The notes below the pieces were generated by a model. The model was not told where the DNA came from, did no database searches, and was given only the letters and a program-made list of their open reading frames with translations. From a virus (lineage: Duplodnaviria > Caudoviricetes): a stretch of 57,400 nucleotides of DNA. A program made the position numbers and the translations under genes. Of the stretch, positions 1 through 8,204 are shown piece after piece. The stretch's first letter is position 1, and each line of letters starts with the position of its first letter. The DNA is taken from positions 1 to 57,400 of the IMG/VR virus record IMGVR_UViG_3300017655_000002; one strand, written 5' to 3'.

Positions 1-123
1 GATCGCCGGCCGTCATGTGGCCGTTCTGTTGGTGGTTGTGACGTTCGAAAGGTTCGACCACCACATTGGTCAGTCGTTCCACTTCCCACTTGCCACTCAC
101 CTTTCGCTGAACGTCCACCCAGC
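1..123. repeat. Terminal direct repeat, identical to 57278-57400 (circular assembly overlap)
   Basis: Exact 123-bp match; a minus-strand ORF reads in frame through the junction. Confidence 0.95.
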
Positions 124-265
124 CTTCGGAGACGCAGAACTCGCGAACGTTCGAAGGCATAGACACACCGTTCACCTTCACGCCGATCTTCCTCAGCACC
201 TCCTTGTTATAGTAGGGCGATGATGGGTCAGCGCTGAGGCGGTCGAGCGAGTCAGTCAGTTTCAT
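1..265 (-). CDS. DUF3297-like protein, 5' part (continues across the junction to 57207)
   Basis: ATG 265; MKLTDSLDRLSADPSSPYYNKEVLRKIGVKVNG..VREFCVSEGWVDV is in frame with ORF 57207..57395 and resembles the DUF3297 DRLS.DP.SP.Y / E.CVSEGW pattern. Confidence 0.75.
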   Translation of the reverse strand, partial: MKLTDSLDRLSADPSSPYYNKEVLRKIGVKVNGVSMPSNVREFCVSEGWVDVQRKVSGKWEVERLTNVVVEPFERHNHQQNGHMTAGD

Positions 266-1076
266 CTTCGTCGGGGTCGATGTAGTCATTTCGATATCCT
301 GGGTGGTTAGCATTGAGGTAATCGATGAGCTCGGGTTTGATCCGGTCACTGATGCGTTCTTCCGCATCCTTACACACTCGCATCGCTTGAGCAAACTTCT
401 GAATGCCCCTGTGATGCTCCGGGCAGAGATAACGTGCGGTCCATTTGATCGTCCACTGCCAAAAGTGAGGATCATGCGCCTGGATGTTGTCCAGCTCCTC
501 AATCGGGTTTTCGAGGTGTGGGATCACCGTCACAAAATACATGGGATGGACTGTGACGCTGGCGAAGTGGAAGTGGAGCTTCTTCAGGGGAACCGTGCCG
601 AAATCGAAACCAGCCAGCAGCACGTCGCGGAAGAACACCAGGTCGGCGGGAAATTTCTTGAGCAGCTCAGTCGTTCGGTAGAAGACATCCACTTCGGCAG
701 TGTGGTCCGGCATATAAGTGATGGCCACCGACTGAATACACGGGCCGAACACGCTGGCACGCTTGGATCGTTTGGCGTCGATGGTACCGCCCTTCACGAA
801 GTGATTGAACGTAGTGAAAGATACGCTGCCATATTTTCGTTGACCGAGTCGCTTGTTCCACAGGTCGATAGCGACTGCCTTGCTCTCCTCGTGCAAGTAG
901 TTCTTGGTCAGCATGGTCATCTTCGATTTCGTGTAGCCAGCATCCGCCATGACCAGGTCGGTCTTCGGCCGACCGAACGTCACATGCTGGTTCCGCAAAA
1001 TCTTACGAGCGCCTGAATAGAAATGAGCCGGCGTTGCCGCCAGCCCCAGGCAGAGGTCCACCCATTCACGCTTCAT
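252..1076 (-). CDS. Divergent thymidylate-synthase-fold protein (TS paralogue 2)
   Basis: GPCIQSV (TS PC motif), VFYRTTELLKKFPAD aligning to TS RSxD...N/D, LHFHFAS strand; GGAG RBS before ATG 1076. Confidence 0.6.
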   Translation of the reverse strand: MKREWVDLCLGLAATPAHFYSGARKILRNQHVTFGRPKTDLVMADAGYTKSKMTMLTKNYLHEESKAVAIDLWNKRLGQRKYGSVSFTTFNHFVKGGTIDAKRSKRASVFGPCIQSVAITYMPDHTAEVDVFYRTTELLKKFPADLVFFRDVLLAGFDFGTVPLKKLHFHFASVTVHPMYFVTVIPHLENPIEELDNIQAHDPHFWQWTIKWTARYLCPEHHRGIQKFAQAMRVCKDAEERISDRIKPELIDYLNANHPGYRNDYIDPDEDETD

Positions 1077-2010
1077 TGCGGCGACTCCAATAGTCGTTCG
1101 CTTCGACCAAGTCACTGTGATCGGGCGGCTCCCATCCCTCGGGCTTGATCACGTCAAAGGCCGTGCCGCGTTTGCTGTCCTCGGCGCGAGTGGCCCGAAC
1201 TTTCTTCATGTTCGCGTTGTGCACTCGATCCCATGCGCGATTGAAATCGAACCCCTGGAGATAGGCGGTGCCCACAACCACATAGGCTAAATCGACCAGA
1301 GCGTCGAGCTGTTGGGCCAACTGGAACGTGTACTCCGCCGGGTCGTGAGTATCGATCATCTGATCTACGGCTTCCCTCGACAACTGGTACTCATCAAGCT
1401 CCTCCTGCATGAACTCGACACGGAAGCGACCGAGTTCGCCGCCGAGGTTCCTCGCCGGACCGTTATGCGTCAGGTTGAACTTGGTGTGGAACTCCAGCAT
1501 GTCTTCCATGAGGGAAGTCTTCACGGTCATCCGAGACGATACCATCTTGGCGATTGAGGACATGCGAGTGCGATGCTTGTTGAACAGGATGTCTGCATGG
1601 TGAAGGGACCATGCATCATACAAGTCGCACAGCATCCGATGTTTCTGCTCGACCATCTGGACATGCGCCGGGTCTTCATCCGCCTTCACCTGATGCGTGT
1701 CAAGGGTCCGGTCACCTCGGCAGAAAATGATGAGCTTGTCCTCGTCCTTGTTGAAGAACTCTTGGAGAATGTCGGACCTGATCTGAGGCTCGCACCCGCG
1801 AGCTATGTCATAGATCGGGTTGCTGATCGCAGGATGACGGTCGAAGATGACGTTCTTGTACTGCGAGTAGCTGATCACTCGCTGGTTGATCTCATCGATA
1901 GACTTAGGTGGTCCTTTGCCCTCGATGACGGGCATTCCCAGCATCTTGCTCAGGTATGCCACCAGCGTGCTCTTTCCCGAATTGTCGGGCCCCTCGACTA
2001 TCAAATTCAT
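1066..2010 (-). CDS. dNMP kinase (P-loop) fused to a MazG/PRA-PH-like nucleotide pyrophosphatase
   Basis: MNLIVEGPDNSGKST and IFDRH; C-terminal EELDEY..DALVDLAYV..VHNANMKK. Confidence 0.85.
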   Translation of the reverse strand: MNLIVEGPDNSGKSTLVAYLSKMLGMPVIEGKGPPKSIDEINQRVISYSQYKNVIFDRHPAISNPIYDIARGCEPQIRSDILQEFFNKDEDKLIIFCRGDRTLDTHQVKADEDPAHVQMVEQKHRMLCDLYDAWSLHHADILFNKHRTRMSSIAKMVSSRMTVKTSLMEDMLEFHTKFNLTHNGPARNLGGELGRFRVEFMQEELDEYQLSREAVDQMIDTHDPAEYTFQLAQQLDALVDLAYVVVGTAYLQGFDFNRAWDRVHNANMKKVRATRAEDSKRGTAFDVIKPEGWEPPDHSDLVEANDYWSRRNEA

Positions 2011-2028
2011 GTGGAGAATTTCCCTCAG

Positions 2029-2079
2029 TTGACTTGGTGTGACGCCATCGTTTATCAACGTTTTAAAATTTTGTAAACG
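2029..2079. promoter_or_regulatory. Divergent promoter region with AT-rich imperfect palindrome (candidate operator)
   Basis: TTGACT on + at 2029; TTTACA-N17-TAAACG on -; CGTTTA..TTTTAAAA..TAAACG dyad. Confidence 0.45.
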
Positions 2080-2090
2080 GGCAGCAAAAC

Positions 2091-2282
2091 ATGGATACAC
2101 CTTATTATTCCGCTTCTGAGGCAGCCAGCGCTCTGGGGCTGAAATACCACACATTCATGGCTAGAGTTCACCGGGGAACTTACTCTCACCGTCGCGTGGG
2201 AAATGCCTATGTCTTCGACCGAGGACAAATCGACAATCTCGCCCGTGAAGAGGACACTGAAGAGAAATGCGGGGGTAAGTGA
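2091..2282 (+). CDS. Small HTH DNA-binding protein (excisionase/MerR-like)
   Basis: YYSASEAASALGL..TF..RV.RG...RVGNAYVFDR pattern. Confidence 0.75.
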   Translation: MDTPYYSASEAASALGLKYHTFMARVHRGTYSHRRVGNAYVFDRGQIDNLAREEDTEEKCGGK

Positions 2283-4231
2283 GAATGCTTTTGATCCAAC
2301 AGGTTTGGAAGAAACAGCCGGGGAAGTACTTCTGTATCTCCACAAAAAAGGGCAAGAAATGGAAGGACAATTGGTTCTCCAAAGATCAGTTTGATGAACT
2401 GCCCCAATTCATCAAGGACAACCTCGACAAAGACGTCTACTGGTGCCCACATGGGTTCACTGCACGTAGTCGAGAAAAGGAGAATGCGGTCGCACCCAAA
2501 TTGCTGTATGCGGACCTTGATGCGGCCAATCCGAAGGAGATACCTCTCAAGCCAACGATTGCCCTCGAGTCTTCACCCGGTAGGTTCGTTGGGTTTTGGG
2601 TTGTCGATGAGCAGATAGAGGAGCAGCTCAATCGACGTCTGTCTTATTCGATTGGCGCAGACGTGTCTGGCTGGGACTTCAGTCAGGTTCTTCGTGTCCC
2701 CAACACCCGAAACTACAAGTACTCCAACACCCCTCGCGTTCGCATCCTGTGGAATGACGGACCCACCTACGAGGTCAAGCGCCTCAATCGAGTGATCCCG
2801 CGCATGAAAAATGTGATGGGCGAGGAGCTCGACGACAAAGCACCGGCGATCTTCAAGAAGTATGAGAAGAAGATGCCCCGCTGGGTTCGTCGCGAATTGC
2901 TCAACGGTAAGCCTCAGCAAGGTGTTCGGTCCGAGGTCATCTGGAAGCTGCAGAACGAACTCATCGAAGTCGGCTTGACTCGGGATGAAGTGTTCGAACT
3001 CATTTGGGCGTGCCCGTGGAACAAGTTCCGAGAACGTCGAGACGGCCCGGATCAGTTGTGGAGAGAACTCGACAAAGCCCTCGATCAACATTTCTCCGGC
3101 TATCGTGCGAAGAGGGATGAGGACGGGGACGACGGTGACCCCTTCGCATTTAACCCGCTAGGTCAGTCGATGGCCGACGTGGTCATGCGGAACATCAACT
3201 GGATCGTGCCGAACATGTACGCTCGCGGTGAAATCACTATCGTTGAAGGTGACCCGGGTCTCGGCAAATCATACTTCCAGCAAATGGTGTGCGCCGCTAT
3301 AGTCGACGGCAAGACGATCCCGAGCGAAGTCGAGTATGAGCCGATCCGAGGACGTGTCGCCTACTTCGATACGGAAAACACTGCGGACACCGTCACCAAG
3401 CTCAGACTGATCGAGAATGGCTGCGAGAACCTTGAGGACTATCGCCAAGAAGAACACCCGTTCTCGATTGACGATGAGGAGAAGTGGGAACGGGTCGAAG
3501 AGGCATTGGAGAAATTCAAGCCCGACATGATCGTCTTCGACACCATCAATATCTACATCGGTAGCGCGGACACTTACAAGTCGAGCGAGACTCAGCAAGC
3601 ACTGTCGAGGTTCAAATTGCTCGCCACCCGGCACAACTGCTCTGTGGTGCTGTTGCGACATTTGACCAAAGGCGGCGCCGGCAGCAAAGCGTTGTATCGC
3701 GGCCAGGGGTCAATCGCATTCACGGGCGTTGCTCGTATCGTTGCGACAGTGGGGCCGGCGCCGGACGATCCAAGCATCCGCGTCGTCGCTGGGACCAAGA
3801 ACAACATCGGTCCGTTGTTCCGGTCGTTCACCTATCGCATTGTGGGGCTACCAGACAAAGGAGACGTGAAGAACCGATCCAAGTTGATCTGGGGAGAATT
3901 CGTTGACCTGACCGCGGACGACATCCTGTCGGTAGCGCCGATCAAGAACACCAACAAGGACACCGCGCTCAAGTGGCTGACTCAGACTCTCCAGTCCGGT
4001 CGACCTACTGAGCGTGCAAAGATTGAACGCATGGGAGCAGCCCGTGGGTTCAAGACAACTGACATCGAGCAAGCCGTCGAGCAGCTGGGCGTCAAGAAGA
4101 CAACTCGGAACGGCAGAGAGTTCTGGGAGAAGTCGTCGGGTGACGAGGACCCCAACAAGTCTGAGTCGCATGGTAGCAAACACAGGCCGAAATCGACGGT
4201 TCGGTCTTTCAACTTTGGGAACGCCAAATGA
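2279..4231 (+). CDS. DNA primase (RepB/AEP-like) fused to RepA-like AAA helicase
   Basis: YADLD, ESSPGRF, VLRVPNTRNYKY primase motifs; Walker A GDPGLGKS, IVFDT, LLRHLTK; C-terminal wHTH-like segment. Confidence 0.85.
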   Translation: MRMLLIQQVWKKQPGKYFCISTKKGKKWKDNWFSKDQFDELPQFIKDNLDKDVYWCPHGFTARSREKENAVAPKLLYADLDAANPKEIPLKPTIALESSPGRFVGFWVVDEQIEEQLNRRLSYSIGADVSGWDFSQVLRVPNTRNYKYSNTPRVRILWNDGPTYEVKRLNRVIPRMKNVMGEELDDKAPAIFKKYEKKMPRWVRRELLNGKPQQGVRSEVIWKLQNELIEVGLTRDEVFELIWACPWNKFRERRDGPDQLWRELDKALDQHFSGYRAKRDEDGDDGDPFAFNPLGQSMADVVMRNINWIVPNMYARGEITIVEGDPGLGKSYFQQMVCAAIVDGKTIPSEVEYEPIRGRVAYFDTENTADTVTKLRLIENGCENLEDYRQEEHPFSIDDEEKWERVEEALEKFKPDMIVFDTINIYIGSADTYKSSETQQALSRFKLLATRHNCSVVLLRHLTKGGAGSKALYRGQGSIAFTGVARIVATVGPAPDDPSIRVVAGTKNNIGPLFRSFTYRIVGLPDKGDVKNRSKLIWGEFVDLTADDILSVAPIKNTNKDTALKWLTQTLQSGRPTERAKIERMGAARGFKTTDIEQAVEQLGVKKTTRNGREFWEKSSGDEDPNKSESHGSKHRPKSTVRSFNFGNAK

Positions 4232-4605
4232 AAATCGGAGATACAGTAATCCACAAGGCGACCGGAACTATTGGCAGAGTAATCGTGCTCGGTCTTTCCG
4301 GTAGCTCAGCCTTTCGTACCGAAGACGGCTCAGTCCATAACGCAATGGACGGCGACCTAGAGCTGTTCTTTAAGTTCAACATCGGTGACCGCGTCGTCAA
4401 ATTCAAGGGCGACTACACGGCTGCCGGTGAGGTTCGCTGCGCATACACCACCAAATCGGGCAAGGCGCGTTACGTGGTCGAGTATGACGCATTGCCGCTT
4501 CAGCACATTCACTCGGACAAGGACCTCATGAGCGAAGCCGACTGGCTCGAGCGTAACCTCACGACATTTGGTGATCACTCGGGCAAAGAGAGGGTGCCGA
4601 GATGA
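4228..4605 (+). CDS. Hypothetical protein with two KIGD.V SH3-like segments
   Basis: ATGA overlap with primase; MKIGDTV and FNIGDRV. Confidence 0.65.
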   Translation: MKIGDTVIHKATGTIGRVIVLGLSGSSAFRTEDGSVHNAMDGDLELFFKFNIGDRVVKFKGDYTAAGEVRCAYTTKSGKARYVVEYDALPLQHIHSDKDLMSEADWLERNLTTFGDHSGKERVPR

Positions 4606-4748
4606 GGCCGTTCTTCGCGTTCATCTTCATCATGCAGTTGATTATCTGGGGCCTGGCATTCTTGTTCCTGTGGGCCGTAATCTTCTACCCGGAGTTGATC
4701 GGGGAGACTGTTGCTCGCATCGTCAACGGTTTCCGTCAAGCAATCTAA
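4602..4748 (+). CDS. Small membrane protein (48 aa)
   Basis: MRPFFAFIFIMQLIIWGLAFLFLWAVIFYP...; ATGA overlap; absent from ORF track. Confidence 0.55.
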   Translation: MRPFFAFIFIMQLIIWGLAFLFLWAVIFYPELIGETVARIVNGFRQAI

Positions 4749-4807
4749 CGAAGCGTTAACCACGTTAAAGGGCGGCCATTGAGTCGCCCTTTTTGGTGGC
4801 CTATATT
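4745..4807 (+). promoter_or_regulatory. Sigma70-type promoter with upstream CtrA-like box
   Basis: CTAA-N7-TTAACCAC (4745-4763), 15 nt, TTGAGT-N17-TATATT. Confidence 0.7.
4767..4794 (+). terminator. Intrinsic terminator overlapping the -35 element
   Basis: AAAGGGCGGC-CATTGA-GTCGCCCTTT followed by TT. Confidence 0.65.
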
Positions 4808-4831
4808 CTCCTCATCAAAAAGGAGGTCCCG

Positions 4832-4927
4832 ATGAAGGACGATCTGTTCTATGTCTACTGCATGTTCGCCTGGTCGGGCGTCATGGTTGCCGCGTTGATC
4901 TTTGCACTTACCACAGGAGCTGTCTAA
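4832..4927 (+). CDS. Small membrane peptide (31 aa)
   Basis: AGGAGG RBS; MKDDLFYVYCMFAWSGVMVAALIFALTTGAV; TAATG coupling to next gene. Confidence 0.6.
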   Translation: MKDDLFYVYCMFAWSGVMVAALIFALTTGAV

Positions 4928-5775
4928 TGTCTGATCCCATCCGAGCCCGCATCGCCAAGCTGTTAAACATGACGACGGCCAATGGCTGCACTGAAGACGA
5001 ACAGGAAACCGCACTGCGCATGGCGGCCTCGATGGCAATGCGCGCCGGCATCGAGCTGGACTCACTGCGTGCTGCCGATGCTCCCAAGCCGAAGGCGGTT
5101 GCTCGCAATCGATCCCAGGAGCTCAAGCCTCACCAGGCGTTGTGCGCTGTCGCGGCGGCCACGCTCTACGGCATCGAATGCAATGTCTACAATCTCGGCA
5201 AGGACGGTATCATGTTTGTCGGTCGCGAGGAACTGATCGAGCTCGCCGAGGAGACGATGTTCTGGCTGTTCCGTCAGATCGAGTCGCTCTACAAGACCGC
5301 GCTGCCCAAGGGCATGACGCAGGCTCGCCGCGCCGAATTCCGCAAGACGTTCAAGGCCGCCTGCGCCGAACGCACTCGCGACCGCGCCTATGATTACATG
5401 CAAGAGGTCAAGCGCAACGAGCGCATGGCTCAGGAAGCCACGGGACACAACGCCCTTGTGGTGCAGGGACATTTCAAGACACTGTCCGAAGAGATTGATG
5501 AGTACTGGACCGACCTCTACAAGCTAACGCCTGAGCAGGAAGCTGCTCGCGCCAAGCGTGCCGAGGAGTACGCTGAGAAGATGCGCAAGTGGCGCGAAGA
5601 AAACCCTGAGGAAGCTGCTCGTATGGACAAGGAGGCTGAACGTCAGCGCAAGAAGGAAGAACGTGCCGCCGCTCGTCGCAAAGGTCGCAAGCAACGTGAG
5701 CTGCCCCGTGGCATCGGCACACAGGCAGGATGGGCTGCCGGCGATAACGTCAAGCTGAGAAAGGAGGTGGAGTAA
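4927..5775 (+). CDS. DUF2786-like domain protein
   Basis: N-terminal IRARIAKLL...TEDEQETALRMA helical pattern. Confidence 0.7.
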   Translation: MSDPIRARIAKLLNMTTANGCTEDEQETALRMAASMAMRAGIELDSLRAADAPKPKAVARNRSQELKPHQALCAVAAATLYGIECNVYNLGKDGIMFVGREELIELAEETMFWLFRQIESLYKTALPKGMTQARRAEFRKTFKAACAERTRDRAYDYMQEVKRNERMAQEATGHNALVVQGHFKTLSEEIDEYWTDLYKLTPEQEAARAKRAEEYAEKMRKWREENPEEAARMDKEAERQRKKEERAAARRKGRKQRELPRGIGTQAGWAAGDNVKLRKEVE

Positions 5776-5882
5776 TGGACTGGCAATCGGTGGGCCCGTT
5801 CGCGTACTTCGGAGGCCTTGGTCTTATCCTCGGCAGCCTGTTCATCTTCAGCCTATTTCAGATTTTGAAAGGAGACGACTGA
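5775..5882 (+). CDS. Small membrane peptide (35 aa)
   Basis: AGGAGG RBS; MDWQSVGPFAYFGGLGLILGSLFIFSLFQILKGDD; coupled at both ends. Confidence 0.6.
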   Translation: MDWQSVGPFAYFGGLGLILGSLFIFSLFQILKGDD

Positions 5883-6229
5883 TGACCATCTACAAGACGT
5901 GGTTCAATGCTCATATTGACCTAGCCCGCATCCTGGAGATTGGGGTTGCCACCTTCATCGACCGGATGGGGTCGGGTGGTTACTCTGTGGGGTTCTACAT
6001 CCAGTACCAACTTCGAGATGGGCCCGTGTGGTATGAATTCCCCGGTGAGGGGAGGAGTCCCTCCCGGCACGATAGCATTCCCAATCCACACGACTACCCT
6101 GTGTGGGACCAGCCCTACGTCTATGCAAGCCCTGAGCATAAGGCCTGGTGCGAAAAGCACATGGTCAAGTGGCTCCAGGACAGAGTGGACGTGATCATTG
6201 AGGAGTGGAAGAAATGCCGAGAGACCTAG
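5882..6229 (+). CDS. Hypothetical protein
   Basis: AGGAG RBS, TGATG coupling. Confidence 0.65.
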   Translation: MTIYKTWFNAHIDLARILEIGVATFIDRMGSGGYSVGFYIQYQLRDGPVWYEFPGEGRSPSRHDSIPNPHDYPVWDQPYVYASPEHKAWCEKHMVKWLQDRVDVIIEEWKKCRET

Positions 6230-6429
6230 TCTTCGAAATCCAGGTGCTGCTGAGGGAGCACGAGGAAAACAACGTCGCAGGACTGTCAGTCGATGAGAGG
6301 CTCGTTGAGCGCGTTTTGATGGCGGGCCGGATCGTCGCTGCAGTGCGACACCACGACGGCGGCCAGGCTGTGCTCCTTGAGCCGAATGGACGGCCCCCGA
6401 GAAGGGGACCGTCGCAAGCTGACAGTTAG
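6205..6429 (+). CDS. Hypothetical protein
   Basis: Last + gene of the operon; converges on the minus-strand block. Confidence 0.45.
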   Translation: MEEMPRDLVFEIQVLLREHEENNVAGLSVDERLVERVLMAGRIVAAVRHHDGGQAVLLEPNGRPPRRGPSQADS

Positions 6430-6617
6430 TCGTCAAGCTTCCACTTCTTCGTCAGGCTCGCGGCGACGGCTTCGCGGGCTTCGTTCAGTTTGCGAACCTG
6501 CTTGGGCGTGAAATCCTTGCCGCCAGGCTCATCGTGGTAATCCTGACCATGGGTGGCTTCGATTTCCTGACCGATGCGGTCGAGGATGATGCGCTTGGCG
6601 ATATTGCGGTACTGCAT
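6426..6617 (-). CDS. Hypothetical protein
   Basis: AGGAGG RBS before MQYRNIAKR. Confidence 0.65.
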   Translation of the reverse strand: MQYRNIAKRIILDRIGQEIEATHGQDYHDEPGGKDFTPKQVRKLNEAREAVAASLTKKWKLDD

Positions 6618-6627
6618 AATGTCCCTC

Positions 6628-7017
6628 CTAATGGGCTCTTGTGTGGATAATGCTGGACGTCTTGCAGATGCGGGATGCAACTGCCATGGCCTCGTTGAGC
6701 GTGACCATATTCCTGACCACAGGATGAGCCGCGAAGGAGAAGCCTTCCCAGTCACCTGCGAGCAAGACCATTTTCGGCTTGGACAATGCCACGCCGATTT
6801 CGATGAAGGCGCCTTTCAGCACCTCCCCCTTTTCGCGATAAGCTACAAGCACCTTGGCCGAATTGACCTCGAGGCAGCAGCGTGTCCACAGGTCCGTGAA
6901 GTCTTGGGTCTCCCCAGGTCCGGCCTCATCGATCCATGTGGAATTGATCGGGTAGCCCCCGTCACGATACGCGAGCCACTTTCCTGCGTGCTTGGTTTTG
7001 CTGGCAACGTAGATCAT
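6628..7017 (-). CDS. Nucleoside 2-deoxyribosyltransferase/hydrolase-like protein
   Basis: MIYVAS, STWID, VLVAY, GAFIEIGVAL (NDT-type G..xE.G.A motif). Confidence 0.7.
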   Translation of the reverse strand: MIYVASKTKHAGKWLAYRDGGYPINSTWIDEAGPGETQDFTDLWTRCCLEVNSAKVLVAYREKGEVLKGAFIEIGVALSKPKMVLLAGDWEGFSFAAHPVVRNMVTLNEAMAVASRICKTSSIIHTRAH

Positions 7018-7019
7018 GA

Positions 7020-8204
7020 TCAGTCCGAGCAGCTTCCAGCTTCATCCGAACGTTCGTCCCATGCCGCCGGATCGTCGCTCAGACGAAGAGCCATCTGGGA
7101 ATAACTCTCCGTGTTCAAGTGCAAGGCGTTGACCATGCGCTTGTAGAGAGTTTCCCAGAAGTCGCGAACGTCATCGTCCGGATGATAGCACCCGATGATC
7201 TGCGCAGCGTGCATCATGTGGGCATAGTAGTGAAGGCTCATCTCGTCACGGGCGAGCATGAACTCATCCTGCATCTGCTGGACCGTGTAATCGCCCGTCA
7301 GCGGGCCCGTGAACGAGCCTCCTCCGGGTGCATGAGGGTCAAGCAGGGGCTTGCCGTCAAACGCGCTGACGAGCACGCTACGGCGATACCAACGGACAAG
7401 CATCTTCGCCGGGTGGAACTTGCGCATCCCGTCAGGAGCACGAACTGCCGAGGCGAGGACCGATTGCTGCATGATCGTCAACCGCAACACCCAGTCCTGC
7501 CAAGCGCTCTTGCGTTCGAGCTGTGCATCTTTGAAGCCCGCCTCGTATCCGTTCTTAAACAAGGTGCTTTCCTTGTCCTGAACGGAGAAGCCTTGGGATC
7601 GAGCATAAGAGGGGCTGGCGTCGATCAGTGCCAGTCGCAAGTCCTCCTTGAGCCATCCCTCGGCATGGAGCAAGTGCTCGATGGAATTACCCTTGTGTGG
7701 GTTGTGTGTCCCATGGCGACGAGCCTCGGACCCCTCGTTGAGGAGATGCGCCACAACCCGGTACTCGAGTGCCGTGTAGTCCGGGACCCGGCGAAGAGCC
7801 ATGTGATCGCAAAGATCATCGAGACGAACCTGAGGCTCATCGAGCGCGGTCAGGATCATGTCCGAGAGTTCGGAGGCCGAAGCCCTGCCGGCACTCGGGA
7901 TCATGAGTACTCCTTCAATGCGACGGAGCCGCTCGTTCCGGTCAGTGCCCCCTGTCTTGATCGGGATTGTCTTACCGTGTTCCTTCTTCCTGGCAAACAT
8001 CTCCTGACCGATGCGACGAGCGTCCTCGAGGTCCCTCGCATGGATGCCGTGCCAGGCAACTCCCCAGGTGCCGAGAAGACCGCCCTGTGCTTCGAACAGG
8101 CTTGCTTCCTTGACGAACACACGGCCGCCCGTGTTCATGTGGACGTAATGCGTGACGGGTGCGCCGGCGCGGCGTCCATCAGCTTCTTGTTCTGCGTGTC
8201 CCAT
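7020..8204 (-). CDS. Hypothetical multidomain phage protein
   Basis: 394-aa ORF coupled to neighbours; C-terminal QQSVL.SAVR.PDG..GGGSFTGP..LHYYAHMMH domain. Confidence 0.7.
   Translation of the reverse strand: MGHAEQEADGRRAGAPVTHYVHMNTGGRVFVKEASLFEAQGGLLGTWGVAWHGIHARDLEDARRIGQEMFARKKEHGKTIPIKTGGTDRNERLRRIEGVLMIPSAGRASASELSDMILTALDEPQVRLDDLCDHMALRRVPDYTALEYRVVAHLLNEGSEARRHGTHNPHKGNSIEHLLHAEGWLKEDLRLALIDASPSYARSQGFSVQDKESTLFKNGYEAGFKDAQLERKSAWQDWVLRLTIMQQSVLASAVRAPDGMRKFHPAKMLVRWYRRSVLVSAFDGKPLLDPHAPGGGSFTGPLTGDYTVQQMQDEFMLARDEMSLHYYAHMMHAAQIIGCYHPDDDVRDFWETLYKRMVNALHLNTESYSQMALRLSDDPAAWDERSDEAGSCSD

Noticed and set aside
1-123. Biological direct terminal repeat
   Set aside because: It lies inside a gene far from the terminase, and its length is typical of an assembler overlap; the PBSX-like TerL suggests headful packaging
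2091-2282. Excisionase implying lysogeny
   Set aside because: No integrase, CI-like repressor with peptidase domain or parA was recognised
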